64,000 nt of DNA, taken from NCBI GenBank assembly GCA_963748015.1, contig CAVVHE010000004.1, positions 1,504,001-1,568,000 of the forward strand, written 5' to 3'. Shown here in pieces: positions 20,319 through 30,605 of this stretch. The stretch is from Terriglobia bacterium. GTDB lineage: Bacteria; Acidobacteriota; Polarisedimenticolia; Polarisedimenticolales; JAIQFR01. Each line of letters begins with the position of its first letter. Position 1 is the first letter of the stretch. The position numbers and the translations under genes were made by a program. Under the pieces are notes generated by a model. The model saw only the letters and a list, made by a program, of their open reading frames with translations. It ran no database searches and was not told where the DNA came from.

Positions 20319-21518
20319 GTGCGAGCGCGAGGCATCCTCGGGACGGCGGCGCTCGGCGCGGCATTCGCCGGACTCGCCCTGTTCGCGTGGCTCTCCGTCC
20401 AGGTCTACCGGGCCCAGGCCGACCCCGAGCGATTCGAGGCGTGGCACGGGCGATGGGCCTGGATCGTCGGCCCGGCCTCGAAGTCGCTCAACCGCGCCGC
20501 GGACCGGCACCTCGCGAGCGGCCTCGAGGAGCTGAACAACACCGCGAATCCCCCGGAGCTGAGGCTCTCGCGCTACCGCGCCCACCTCGCCGCGGCCGAC
20601 CGACTCTTCGTCAGGAGCCTGAGGGCGAACCCCGCCCAGGCGCGCGTGCTGGCGCAGCTCGCCGCGATCCGGTGGGAGACCGAGGTCCCCACGACCGATG
20701 CGGCGCGGGCGAAGTACCTCGAGATGATCGAGACGGCGTCGAGGATGGCGCCCCGCGTTCCGGACGTGCAGGCGCGCCTGGGCGAGCTGCTCCTCAAGAT
20801 GGGACGGCAGGACGAGGCGATCCGCTACCTGAGGCGCGCGATCGAGCTGGACCCGCAGTCGGCGGGAAGGGTCGTGGCCCTGCTGCACGAGCAGCTCCTC
20901 CCCGCCGCCGAGATCGCGGCCGCGCTGCCGCGCGTTCCGACGGTCCTGGCGGCGCTCGCCGGGCCGTACTTCGACGACGGGCAGGGCGCGGCGTATCTCG
21001 ACCTCGCCGCGGAGGCCCTGTCGTCGGGCGATCCCGGCCTCCTCGAGGCCTGGGCCGGCGCGTGCCTTCGCGCCGGCGAGCCCGCCCGCCTGCGGGACCG
21101 GCTGGACCGGCTCGGCAAGCTCCAGGGTGCCGCGCTGGAATCCCGGAGGCTGCGCCTCCGCTCGACGGCGCGCGCGGCACTCGGCGATCGCGAGGGGGCC
21201 TGCGAGGACGCGCGCGCGGCACGAGCGCTCGCCCCCGGGGACCCCGGGGTCGCGACCCACCTCGGCCAGACGGCGCTCCAGGCGGGTCACCCGGACGAGG
21301 CCGTGCGCGCGTTCCGCGATGCCCTTTCGCTGGTGTCGCGCGGGTCGGGAGACCGCGGATGGCGCGCGAGCCTCTACGCGCAGGTCGGCGCGGCGGAGGA
21401 GGCGCTGGGCAAGCCCGACCTCGCCTACGACGCCTACCGGCAGGCCGTCGCCCTCGACCCCGCCCAGGAGACCGCGCGCCGCCGCCTCTCCGAAATGAAG
21501 AAAGCCGCCGGCCTGTGA
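20319..21518 (+). CDS. Membrane-anchored tetratricopeptide-repeat protein
   Basis: N-terminal hydrophobic helix; TPR patterns such as LGELLLKMGRQDEAIRYLRRAIELDP and AYDAYRQAVALDP. Confidence 0.8.
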   Translation: MRARGILGTAALGAAFAGLALFAWLSVQVYRAQADPERFEAWHGRWAWIVGPASKSLNRAADRHLASGLEELNNTANPPELRLSRYRAHLAAADRLFVRSLRANPAQARVLAQLAAIRWETEVPTTDAARAKYLEMIETASRMAPRVPDVQARLGELLLKMGRQDEAIRYLRRAIELDPQSAGRVVALLHEQLLPAAEIAAALPRVPTVLAALAGPYFDDGQGAAYLDLAAEALSSGDPGLLEAWAGACLRAGEPARLRDRLDRLGKLQGAALESRRLRLRSTARAALGDREGACEDARAARALAPGDPGVATHLGQTALQAGHPDEAVRAFRDALSLVSRGSGDRGWRASLYAQVGAAEEALGKPDLAYDAYRQAVALDPAQETARRRLSEMKKAAGL

Positions 21519-21545
21519 CCCTCGCCCCTTTGGTAGAATCAGGGC

Positions 21546-21842
21546 ATGGGAAGGCGCGTTTGCCCGGCGTGCGGGGGGGCGGTGGATCTCGTCCACCGGC
21601 GGGCGCTCGACCGGTTCGTGAACGTCTTTCGCAAGATCCACCGTTACCAGTGCCGGAGCACCGCCTGCGCCTGGGAAGGCGTGCTCCAGACCGCCCACCG
21701 GAGGACCGCGAAGAGCAACAGGCGGATGAAGCCCTGGATGTGGCTGGCCGTGGTCGCGATCTCGATCGCGGCCGCGCTCGCGCTGGTGGCCTATCTCGAT
21801 TCGCGCCCGGCGGCCGAGGCGGGTGTGGAAGGAGCACCCTAG
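21546..21842 (+). CDS. Small zinc-ribbon membrane protein
   Basis: CPACGG...RYQCRSTACAW plus a C-terminal TM helix; TGGTAGAAT extended -10 box 6 nt upstream. Confidence 0.65.
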   Translation: MGRRVCPACGGAVDLVHRRALDRFVNVFRKIHRYQCRSTACAWEGVLQTAHRRTAKSNRRMKPWMWLAVVAISIAAALALVAYLDSRPAAEAGVEGAP

Positions 21843-21846
21843 CCCG

Positions 21847-22677
21847 ATGAAGTTCTTCGTCACCGGCAGCCGCGGGCAGCTCGGCTCGGCGCTGGCGCGC
21901 GCGATCTCGGCGGGATCGTTCGTCGGGACCGATCTGCCCGAGCTCGACATCCGCGACGCCGAGGCGGTGCGGTCCGCGATCCGCTCGGCGCGCCCGGACG
22001 TGGTGATCCACTGCGCGGCGATGACCGACGTGGACGGCTGCGCGAAGGACCCCGGCCTCGCGCAGGAGATCAACGCGAACGGGACGATGCACGTCGCGCT
22101 CGGCGCGGCGGCGGCGCGCGCGAGCCTGGTCTACGTCAGCTCGAACGAGGTCTTCGACGGGACGCTCGACCGGCCCTACGACGAGACCGACTTCCCCAAG
22201 CCGGTCAACGCTTACGGCCGCTCGAAGCTCGAGGGGGAGATCGCCGCGGCCCGCCACCACAACGCGTGCTGGATCGTGCGGACCGCGTGGGTCTACGGCG
22301 CGGGCGGCCGCAACTTCGTGCACAAGATCCTCGAGATCGCCGACGCGAAGGGATCGCTGCGCGTGGTGGCCGACGAGGTCTCGTCCCCCACGTGGACCGC
22401 CGACCTCGCCGCGGCGATCGTGCAGCTCGTCGAGCGGGCGCCGCACGGCGTCTACCACCTCGCCGGCCGGGGCGGCTGCTCGCGCTTCGAGCTGGCGAAG
22501 GAGGTGCTGGAGCTGACCGGGCGCTCCCGCGTGACCGTCGAGCCGATCGCCAGCGGCGATTGGCCCCGGCCGAGCCGCCCGCCCCTCCGCACCGTCCTCG
22601 ACGTGAGCAAGGCGGAGGCCGCCGGCATTCCGATGCGCCCGTGGCGCGAGGCGCTTGCAGCGTTCCTCGCGACCTGA
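21847..22677 (+). CDS. rfbD: dTDP-4-dehydrorhamnose reductase
   Basis: VTGSRGQLG, HCAAMTDVD, VFDG, YGRSKLEGE, RTAWVYG, SPTWTADLA. Confidence 0.93.
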   Translation: MKFFVTGSRGQLGSALARAISAGSFVGTDLPELDIRDAEAVRSAIRSARPDVVIHCAAMTDVDGCAKDPGLAQEINANGTMHVALGAAAARASLVYVSSNEVFDGTLDRPYDETDFPKPVNAYGRSKLEGEIAAARHHNACWIVRTAWVYGAGGRNFVHKILEIADAKGSLRVVADEVSSPTWTADLAAAIVQLVERAPHGVYHLAGRGGCSRFELAKEVLELTGRSRVTVEPIASGDWPRPSRPPLRTVLDVSKAEAAGIPMRPWREALAAFLAT

Positions 22678-22718
22678 CCCTTGCGATCACCGGTCGCGCC
22701 ACCTAAACTCCGCCGATC

Positions 22719-23945
22719 ATGAGGCGTTTTCTGGCCGGGATCGGGCTTGCGGGAGCGCTGGCGCTCGCCTGCGCGCCGGCTCGCGCGCAGAACCCGCTCG
22801 AGCCCCCGGACCTCGCGCGATATCTCCGCTGGGGGCCGGTCCGCGTGCGCCCCGGCCTCGTGCTGACGAACCTCGGGTACGACAACAACATCTTCTACCG
22901 GACCGACGTGCCGCCGGTCGGCGACTACACCGCGACCCTTTCGCCCCGGGTCGAAGGAGTCGTGCTGTTCGGCGACCGGGCGTTTCTCACTTTCAAGGAG
23001 CAGCTCGACTGGACGACCTACAGGACCTACTTCGAGCAGAACTACTGGAACCAGCTCGGGTCGGGGCGGCTGACCGTGCCTCTCAAGCGCATGGGCTTCT
23101 ACGTGGACGGCGTGCTCAACGACACCAAGGAACGGCCCCCAGACCAATACTCCCTCCGCAACGACGTCCGCCAGCTGGGCCTCGGTGGGGGGATCCTGTT
23201 CAAGGCGGGATGGCGGACCGACGTCGAGCTCGGCGTCGCCAGGTCGTCGTACGGCTACACCAACCCGGATTACCCGACCATCGGTTCCTCGCTCGACCGG
23301 ACGGAGCGCGGCACGCGGGCCCTGGGGCGGTATCTGGTCTTTGGCCGCACGCGGCTTACCCTGGAGTGGTCGAACCGGGACATCACGTTCAGCAATCCCG
23401 AGAACGGCCGCGACGCGACCCAGAAGAGGCTCGTCCCCGGCCTCGATTTCGGCCTCGGCGGGCGCCTCACCGGAACGTTTCGGTACGGCTGGGCTCGTCT
23501 CGACTCGAAGAACCCTTCGTTTCCCGACTACAACGGCCCCGTGGGAGAGGCGCGCCTCTCCTACCGCTTCGGCGCCGGCACCACGCTCCAGGCCGGGGGG
23601 CTGCGCGACATCGGGTTCTCGACCTATGTGGCCACGGGGTACTACGAGAACGCGACGTACGACGCCAGGGTGATCCAGTACTTCAACCGCGTTGTTGGCG
23701 TGGAGGCCGGTGGGGGGCGCGGCCAGCTGAGGTTTCCGGCGAGCGCGTCGCCTTCCTTGCCCGTCGATCGCATCGACCGGACCGTCCAGTACGACGGGGG
23801 CATCAGGCTCCGTTTCTCGGAGACCACCCTCGGCCGGAGGGTGGAATACTCGATCAAGCTCACTCACTGGACCCTGACCTCGAACTACCCCGGCATCGAC
23901 CAGTCGCGCACCACCCTGGGCTTGAACGCGATCATCGGCTACTGA
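22719..23945 (+). CDS. Outer-membrane beta-barrel protein associated with polysaccharide export
   Basis: Signal peptide (ARA-Q), GYDNNI motif, alternating amphipathic strands, C-terminal aromatic (GLNAIIGY); directly upstream of wza. Confidence 0.75.
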   Translation: MRRFLAGIGLAGALALACAPARAQNPLEPPDLARYLRWGPVRVRPGLVLTNLGYDNNIFYRTDVPPVGDYTATLSPRVEGVVLFGDRAFLTFKEQLDWTTYRTYFEQNYWNQLGSGRLTVPLKRMGFYVDGVLNDTKERPPDQYSLRNDVRQLGLGGGILFKAGWRTDVELGVARSSYGYTNPDYPTIGSSLDRTERGTRALGRYLVFGRTRLTLEWSNRDITFSNPENGRDATQKRLVPGLDFGLGGRLTGTFRYGWARLDSKNPSFPDYNGPVGEARLSYRFGAGTTLQAGGLRDIGFSTYVATGYYENATYDARVIQYFNRVVGVEAGGGRGQLRFPASASPSLPVDRIDRTVQYDGGIRLRFSETTLGRRVEYSIKLTHWTLTSNYPGIDQSRTTLGLNAIIGY

Positions 23946-23989
23946 ATGGTGACCGGGACCAACCCTCGGCTATACTCTGGAGTTCGACC

Positions 23990-24922
23990 ATGAGCACTCT
24001 CGCCAAGATCCTCCTCGCCGTCCTCGTCCTGCCGCCGGCCGCGGCGCTGGCCGGGGACCCGCCCGCCAAGCCCGCGGAGCCCGGCGAGACCGTCCTCGAG
24101 GCCAGGCCGCTGGCCGCGGGGGCCCTGCCCCCCGCGGGATCGGTGCTGCGCCGCGGCGGGACCGACTACAAGATCGGGCGGCAGGACCTCCTCGAGGTCA
24201 CCGTCTTCGACCTCAAGGAGCTGGACCAGACGGTCCGCGTCGCCGACGACGGTTCCGTCACCCTTCCCCTCCTCGGCCGCCTGCAGGTGGCGGGGCTGAC
24301 GAAGGGCGACCTCGAAGCGCTGATCGCGAAGCTCCTCGAGGAACGGTTCGTGCGGAACCCGCAGGTCACGATCTTCGTGAAGGAGTACGAGTCGAAGAAG
24401 ATCGCCGTCAGCGGCGCGGTGAAGAAGCCCGACACCTACGAGATGCTCGGCGAGAAGACGCTCCTCGAGATGATCTCGAAGGCGGGGGGGCTCGACAAGG
24501 ACCTCGGCAAGGAGATCATCATCTTCCGGCAGGACGCGGACGGCTCGACGCGGCGCCTCGGGGTGAACCTCGACAAGCTCGTGTACGACGCCGACCCGTC
24601 GCTCAACCTCGTGGTCGAGCCGGGAGACATCATCTACGTCCCGAGCGTCGAGAAGGTGCGGATCTTCGTCAGCGGCGCGGTCAAGAGCCCGAACCTCTAC
24701 GAGGTGCCGCGCGCCGAGCCGGTGACGGTGCTGAAGGCGATCACCCTCGCGGGAGGGACGACCGACCGCGCGTCCGAGAAGAAGGTCCAGATCATCCGCA
24801 CCGGGGACGACGGGGCGCGGAAGACGATCCTGGTGAACCTCAAGAAGATCAAGAAGGGCAAGGCCGAGGATCCGGTCCTCCAGAAGGACGACCTGGTGCT
24901 CGTGCCCGAGGCGTTCTTCTGA
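23990..24922 (+). CDS. wza: Polysaccharide export protein (OPX/Wza family; Poly_export plus SLBB domains)
   Basis: YKIGRQDLLEVTVF, DGSVTLPLLGRLQVAGLT, VRNPQVTI, two SLBB repeats; ends ...DDLVLVPEAFF. Confidence 0.9.
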   Translation: MSTLAKILLAVLVLPPAAALAGDPPAKPAEPGETVLEARPLAAGALPPAGSVLRRGGTDYKIGRQDLLEVTVFDLKELDQTVRVADDGSVTLPLLGRLQVAGLTKGDLEALIAKLLEERFVRNPQVTIFVKEYESKKIAVSGAVKKPDTYEMLGEKTLLEMISKAGGLDKDLGKEIIIFRQDADGSTRRLGVNLDKLVYDADPSLNLVVEPGDIIYVPSVEKVRIFVSGAVKSPNLYEVPRAEPVTVLKAITLAGGTTDRASEKKVQIIRTGDDGARKTILVNLKKIKKGKAEDPVLQKDDLVLVPEAFF

Positions 24923-27183
24923 TGATGGAAGAAGAGACGATCGGCGGGAAGCACCTCCTCGAGTACTGGGCGGTCCTGAGGCGCCGCCGGTACGTCGTCT
25001 ACCTCGCGGTCGCGGCCGCGGCGCTGATCGCCCTCGTCGGCTCGTTCCTCGCGACGCCCCTCTTCCGGTCCACCGCCACGCTGCAGATCGAGCGGCAGAA
25101 CCCGGACGTCCTCGCGTTCAAGGGGCTGGCGTCGGTGGACTACTCCTGGAACGCCTACACCGACTTCTACCAGACCCAGTACAAGATCCTCGCGTCCGAC
25201 GCGGTCGCGCGGCGGACGGTGGACCGACTCGGCCTGCTGAACCACCCGCTGTTCGCCGCGGGCGAGCCGCGGAAGGGGCTCGTCTCCCGCCTGCGCGCGC
25301 TCCTCCCCTCTTCGACCTCCGGCGTGGAGAAGGACCCGGTCGAGACGGCGGCGGCGGCCCTCAGGACCGGCCTCGAGGTCGCGCCCGTGCGCAACTCGAC
25401 GCTCGTGACGGTCTCCTGGGTGTCGCGCGACCCGGCGCTCGCCGCGCGCGTGGCGAACGGCGTCGTGGACGCCTTCATCCAGCTCAGCATCGAGTCGAAG
25501 TACACGACCTCCGACCAGGCGACCGAGTTCCTCGTCAACCAGATCGGCACCCTGAAGAGCGAGATCCGCGACTACGAGGAGCGCCTGCAGCGCTACGGCG
25601 AGTCGAAGGGGATCGTCACCATCGACGACGCGAGCAACATCACGCTGAAGGCCCTCTCCGACATCTCCGAGCGGCGCACGGAGGCGCAGGGAACCCTCGC
25701 GCAGAAGGAGGCGGCGTACAAGGCGGTCGTCGGCTCCGCCCCCGATGCGCTCCCCGACGTGCTGCACTCGGACCTGATCTCGCGGCTCAAGGAGGAGTAC
25801 GCCGGGTACGAGGCCGAGTACTACGAGAAGTCGCGGCGGTTCAAGGAAGACTGGCCGGGGATGCAGGCGCTCAAGTCCAAGCTCGACCAGGCGCGGGAGC
25901 GGCTCGACCTCGAGACGCGCGAGATCGCTCGCCGGGTGTTGCTGAGCACCGAGGCCGACTACCGCCGCGCGCTCGAGGAGGTCCGGAACCTCGACGCGCT
26001 CGTCGCGCGCCAGGAGAACGCGGCGCAGACGCTGAAGCGGGACGGTGTCGAGTTCGCGAACATCCAGAGCGAGGTCAGGAAGAAGCGCGAGACGCTCAAC
26101 GCGCTGATCGCGCGGCAGGGCGAGATGGCGCTCTCGACGCGCCTCAAGGACCTCGACGCCACCTCGAGCAACGTGAGGATCGTGGACCGCGCGCGGACGC
26201 CGAGCGCCCCCTTCAGCCCGAACCGGAAGATGAACCTGGTCCTCGGCCTCCTCCTCGGGCTCGCGTGCGGCGTCGGCCTGGCGTTCTTCCTCGACTACCT
26301 CGACAACACGCTGTCGTCCCCCTCGGAGATCGAGCCGCTCGTGGGCCTCCCCTCCCTCGCGGTGATCCCGCGCCACGGCCCGCAGGCGGACCCGCTGGGG
26401 CGCGTGCGGAGGAAGGCGGCGGCCGCTCCCGCGGACACGGTGGACCTCGTCGCGTTCCGCGACGGCGGGGCCGGCGCGTCCGAGGCGTACCGCGACCTGC
26501 GCACGGCGCTCCTGCTGTCGAGCGCCGGGAGCCCGCCGCGCCGGATCATGGTGACGAGCGCCCTCCCCGAGGAGGGGAAGTCCGCCACCGCGATCAACCT
26601 CGCGGTCGTGCTGGCGCAGCTCGGCCGCCGGGTGCTGCTCGTGGACACCGACCTGAGGCGGCCGAGGCTCCACAAGGCGTTCGGCAAGCCCAACGCCTCC
26701 GGGATGAGCACCTACCTGTCCGGGCTCGAGAGCGATCCGCTCCGCCTCGTGGTGAGCACGGGTATCGAGCACCTCGACCTCGTCACGAGCGGCCCGGTCC
26801 CGCCGAACCCCTCGGAGCTGCTCAACGCGCCGATCTTCGACGAGTGCGGGAAGCGGTTCCTCGAGGCCGGGTACGATCACGTCGTGTTCGACTCGCCCCC
26901 GGTCCTCTCCGTCGCCGACCCGGTGATCATCGCCAGCGTGCTCGACAGCGTCGTGCTCGTGACGCGCGCGGGACGTACTCCGCGGCAGTCCCTCAAGGCC
27001 GCGGCGGAGCGGTTCCAGCAGGCGGGAATCCGGCCGGCCGGCGTCGTGCTCAACGACCTCGACGCCGCGATGCACGGCTACGCCCACTACCGGTACCGGT
27101 ACTACGGCAGGTACGGGCACCCGGGGCCGAAGCCGGAAGAGGAGCGCCGCGACGGGCGCGCCGGCGGGACCCGGGGCGTCTGA
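24922..27183 (+). CDS. wzc: Polysaccharide co-polymerase / tyrosine autokinase
   Basis: Two TM helices flanking a coiled coil; SEAYRDLRT, SALPEEGKS (Walker A), VDTDLRRP, FDSPP, C-terminal Tyr cluster YAHYRYRYYGRY. Confidence 0.93.
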   Translation: MMEEETIGGKHLLEYWAVLRRRRYVVYLAVAAAALIALVGSFLATPLFRSTATLQIERQNPDVLAFKGLASVDYSWNAYTDFYQTQYKILASDAVARRTVDRLGLLNHPLFAAGEPRKGLVSRLRALLPSSTSGVEKDPVETAAAALRTGLEVAPVRNSTLVTVSWVSRDPALAARVANGVVDAFIQLSIESKYTTSDQATEFLVNQIGTLKSEIRDYEERLQRYGESKGIVTIDDASNITLKALSDISERRTEAQGTLAQKEAAYKAVVGSAPDALPDVLHSDLISRLKEEYAGYEAEYYEKSRRFKEDWPGMQALKSKLDQARERLDLETREIARRVLLSTEADYRRALEEVRNLDALVARQENAAQTLKRDGVEFANIQSEVRKKRETLNALIARQGEMALSTRLKDLDATSSNVRIVDRARTPSAPFSPNRKMNLVLGLLLGLACGVGLAFFLDYLDNTLSSPSEIEPLVGLPSLAVIPRHGPQADPLGRVRRKAAAAPADTVDLVAFRDGGAGASEAYRDLRTALLLSSAGSPPRRIMVTSALPEEGKSATAINLAVVLAQLGRRVLLVDTDLRRPRLHKAFGKPNASGMSTYLSGLESDPLRLVVSTGIEHLDLVTSGPVPPNPSELLNAPIFDECGKRFLEAGYDHVVFDSPPVLSVADPVIIASVLDSVVLVTRAGRTPRQSLKAAAERFQQAGIRPAGVVLNDLDAAMHGYAHYRYRYYGRYGHPGPKPEEERRDGRAGGTRGV

Positions 27184-27195
27184 CCGGGTTCGTTC

Positions 27196-29850
27196 GTGGC
27201 GGAGGAGACCGGGCCCCCCGGCATCGCGCGAGGAGACCTCATCGCGCGGATCCTCGAGCTCGGCCTCGCGGCCGTCGTCGTGCTGGCGCCGCTCCCCCAG
27301 GGATCTGTGCGTGAGCCCGCTCTCTCGGCGCTCGAGCTCGGCGCGTTCTCGCTCGGCATCCTCTGGCTGATCCGCGCGACGCTGCGGCCCACGCGCCTTC
27401 CTCCCCTGCCGGTCCGGGCGGCGCTCGCGGGCCTCCTGCTGCTCGGCGTGCTCCAGGCCGTCCCGCTGGGGAGCGGGGTCGTCGGCGCGCTCTCGCCGCG
27501 CGCGGCGGCGGTGCGGACCGAGGCGCGGCCGCCCGCGGACGCTTTGGAAGGAGAGCGAAGGCTCCTCGGGAGCGATCCCGCGCGGCTCGACCGCCCGGCG
27601 GCGCTCTCGGTGGATCCGCCGGCCACCGCGTCGGCGCTCAGGACCGGGGCCGCGCTGGCGATCCTCCTCCTCGTCGCGGTGACGGTCGTGACGGAGCGCG
27701 GCGCGGCGGGGATCGCGCTGGCGCTCCTGGTGTCCGCCGCGCTCCAGGGGCTCTACGGCACGCTCGCGGTGGCCGCGGCGGCGGCGGGCGCGGCGGCGCG
27801 GCCGGCGGCCGACCCGTGGCTCGCGTCGGGGACCTTCGTCAACAAGAACCACTACGCGGGGTTCCTCGCGGCGGCCCTGCCGGCGGGGATCGCGCTGGTC
27901 CTCGGGCGGTGGCGCCGGCTGAGATCGAGCGGGCACCGGCTCGCCCGGCTCCTCGGAGGCGACGGGAGCCTCGTGCTGCTGCTCGGCCTGCTGGCGCTCG
28001 TGGGGCTCGCGGGGCTGCTGCTCTCGTTCTCGCGAGCGGGGATCGCGCTCGGCGCGCTCGGCGTGGTGCTGACGTTCGCCGCCGTGGGACGGCGCGGCCT
28101 CAAGGCCCGGCTCGCCGCCGCGATCGTGATCCTGGCGGTGGCCGCCGTCCCGCTCGCGCAGCTCGGCGCCGAGCGGCTGGTGGCGAGCTACGGCCGGATC
28201 GGGCTGGAGTTCACGGGGACCGCGAGCCGCGGGGTCGTCTGGCGCGACACGCTGTCGATGGCCGCGGCGTACCCGGCCGCCGGGACCGGCTTCGGCACCT
28301 TCTCGGCGGCCTACCCGCTCTTCAGGTCCCCGGGCGTCCGCGCGTTCTTCGCCCACGCGCACAACGACCCGCTCCAGGTCCTGGCGGAAGGCGGGATCCC
28401 GGCGCTCGGGCTGCTCGCGCTCCTGGCTGCGCCCATGGTCCTGCTCGTGCGGGGCGCGCTGGCGGGGCGCGGCGGTACGCTCGCCGCCGGCATCGGCGCC
28501 GGGCTTCTCGCGGTGCTGCTCCACTCCCTCGTGGATTTCAACTTCCACATCCCGTCGAACGCGGCGACCGCGGCGATCCTCGCCGGCGCGCTGATCGGGT
28601 GCATGCCGCCCGGGAGCGCCCGCCGGCGTGATGGGGACGAGGAGCCGGTCTCGGCACCGTCCGAGAACGGATCGAGGCTGCGGCTCGTCGCGCCGCCCGA
28701 GCCGGTCGAGCGAGACGTCCCGGGCGACGGCCGCCGCGGCGCGCTCGCGCTCGGCGCGGTCGTCCTCGCCGCCGCGCTCGCGGCCACGATGCTGTCCGCT
28801 CGCGCGGCGCGCACGCCCTTCCGCGCCGCGGCCGTCGCGCGAGACGCGATCGAAGCCGCCTTCGACTCCGGACCGGCGGCGGCGCCGGTCCGCGCGGCGC
28901 TCGAGACGCTGCGCGGGGAGCTCGGCCGTCGCCCGCTCGACGCCGCGACGCGCGCGGCGTACGCCAGCCTGCTCCTCGAGCTGGCGGCCTCGCCGGAGGA
29001 GCGGCGCGCGGCGGCCTTCCACGCCGCGAGGGCCGTCGAGCTCGCGCCGGTCACCGTTCCCGTCGTGGACGTCGCGGCGAGGGTGCTCGCGCGAAGCGGC
29101 GACGCGTCGCTCGCGGTGGACCTGGTCCGGAAGATGTTCGTCTACGACCCGTCCTCGGCCGCTGACCTCTACGCGGCCGTCGAGCCGAACGTCGCCCCCG
29201 CGGCATTCGGGAAGGGGCTCCCCGACGATCCCGGCGCCTGGGTCGCGTGGATGAACCGCCTGCGCGCGAGCGGCCGCGCCGCCGAGGCGGAGGAGCTGCT
29301 CGACCGCGCGGCCGCGCGCTGGCCGCGGAACCTACCTATCCAGACCTCCGCCGCGCTCCGCGCGCTGGGCCGGGAGCGGTGGGACGACCTGCGCCGCATC
29401 CTGGAACCGGACGCCCGAGGGACGGCAACCGGGGCGAGGGACGGCAATCGCGACCGGTTGCTGTCCCTCGGGCCCGAGGGCGCGACGCTCGTCGCCTGCC
29501 GCAGCCGCCTGCTCGCCGCCGAGGGGGACCGCGCGGGCGCGCGGGCCGACGCCGGCGAGGCCGTGAGGCTCGCCCCGAAGAACGCGTGGATCCGCTTGCA
29601 GGCCGGGATCTCGATCGAGGCGTCGGGAGACGCCGCCGAGGCCCGCGCGCAGTGGGAGCGCGGGTTGTTCGAGCTCGTCCCCTCCGAGGGGAACCGCTGG
29701 CTGCGCGCGGAGCTGCTCACCCGTCTCGCGCGCCTCGAGGACCGGGTGGGCCGGCCCGCCGACGCCCTCCGCGCGTGGCGCGCCGTCCTCGACCTCTACC
29801 CCACCCACGCCGAGGCCCGCCGCCGCATCGAAGACCTGTCCGGCCCCTAG
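27196..29850 (+). CDS. O-antigen ligase family membrane protein fused to a C-terminal TPR-like region
   Basis: GTFVNKNHYAG, LSFSRAG, GTGFGTF, HAHNDPLQVLAEGG, HSLVDFNFHIPSN, then helical repeats. Confidence 0.85.
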   Translation: MAEETGPPGIARGDLIARILELGLAAVVVLAPLPQGSVREPALSALELGAFSLGILWLIRATLRPTRLPPLPVRAALAGLLLLGVLQAVPLGSGVVGALSPRAAAVRTEARPPADALEGERRLLGSDPARLDRPAALSVDPPATASALRTGAALAILLLVAVTVVTERGAAGIALALLVSAALQGLYGTLAVAAAAAGAAARPAADPWLASGTFVNKNHYAGFLAAALPAGIALVLGRWRRLRSSGHRLARLLGGDGSLVLLLGLLALVGLAGLLLSFSRAGIALGALGVVLTFAAVGRRGLKARLAAAIVILAVAAVPLAQLGAERLVASYGRIGLEFTGTASRGVVWRDTLSMAAAYPAAGTGFGTFSAAYPLFRSPGVRAFFAHAHNDPLQVLAEGGIPALGLLALLAAPMVLLVRGALAGRGGTLAAGIGAGLLAVLLHSLVDFNFHIPSNAATAAILAGALIGCMPPGSARRRDGDEEPVSAPSENGSRLRLVAPPEPVERDVPGDGRRGALALGAVVLAAALAATMLSARAARTPFRAAAVARDAIEAAFDSGPAAAPVRAALETLRGELGRRPLDAATRAAYASLLLELAASPEERRAAAFHAARAVELAPVTVPVVDVAARVLARSGDASLAVDLVRKMFVYDPSSAADLYAAVEPNVAPAAFGKGLPDDPGAWVAWMNRLRASGRAAEAEELLDRAAARWPRNLPIQTSAALRALGRERWDDLRRILEPDARGTATGARDGNRDRLLSLGPEGATLVACRSRLLAAEGDRAGARADAGEAVRLAPKNAWIRLQAGISIEASGDAAEARAQWERGLFELVPSEGNRWLRAELLTRLARLEDRVGRPADALRAWRAVLDLYPTHAEARRRIEDLSGP

Positions 29851-29877
29851 CCGTATAATTCCGCTGGAGGAACGCCC

Positions 29878-30582
29878 GTGGCGCTGCTTTCCATCGTCAT
29901 CCCGGTCTACAACGAGGAGCGCACCCTCGCGGCGCTGCTCGACGCCGTGCTCGCGGCTCCGCTTCCCGAGGGGGTCGACCGCGAGCTGATCGTGGTGGAC
30001 GACGCGAGCACCGACGCGACCCCGGCCCGCCTGGCGCACTACGCGTCCGATCCGCGCATCCGGACGTTCCGGCAGGACCCGAACCAGGGGAAGGGCGCCG
30101 CGCTCCGGCGCGGGTTCGAGGAGGCGCGCGGCGACTTCGTGGTCGTGCAGGACGCGGATCTCGAGTACGACCCGCGCGAGTACGGGAAGCTGCTCGTGCC
30201 GGTCCTCGAGGGAAAGGCGGACGTCGTGTTCGGTTCCCGTTTCATGGGGGGCGAGGCGCACCGCGTGCTGTTCTTCTGGCACTCCATCGGGAACCGATTC
30301 CTGACGCTGCTCTCGAACGCGCTGACCAACCTGAACCTCACCGACATGGAGACTTGCTACAAGCTGTTCCGCACGGACGTCCTGCGGCGAATCCGGCTCG
30401 AGGAGAACCGTTTCGGCTTCGAGCCGGAGGTCACGGCGAAGGTCGCGAGGCTCGGCGTGCGGATCTACGAGGTGGGGATCAGCTATTCGGGACGGACCTA
30501 CGAGGAAGGGAAGAAGATCGGCTGGAAGGACGGCGTCCGCGCGATCTGGTGCATTCTCAAGTACGGGTTGCTGCGGGCGTGA
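29878..30582 (+). CDS. Polyprenol-phosphate glycosyltransferase (GT2, DPM1/ArnC-like)
   Basis: [51 protein letters not shown] at 29854-29859. Confidence 0.93.
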   Translation: MALLSIVIPVYNEERTLAALLDAVLAAPLPEGVDRELIVVDDASTDATPARLAHYASDPRIRTFRQDPNQGKGAALRRGFEEARGDFVVVQDADLEYDPREYGKLLVPVLEGKADVVFGSRFMGGEAHRVLFFWHSIGNRFLTLLSNALTNLNLTDMETCYKLFRTDVLRRIRLEENRFGFEPEVTAKVARLGVRIYEVGISYSGRTYEEGKKIGWKDGVRAIWCILKYGLLRA

Positions 30583-30605
30583 AGGGCCGCCCCCCGGAGA
30601 AGCGA

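Noticed and set aside
18315..22073. 1252-aa minus-strand ORF
   Set aside because: Antisense shadow of the capD-like, TPR and rmlD genes; stop-poor frame typical of high-GC DNA, no motifs.
24697..29022. 1441-aa minus-strand ORF
   Set aside because: Shadow of wzc and the O-antigen ligase gene; Arg/Gly-rich with no recognisable domain.
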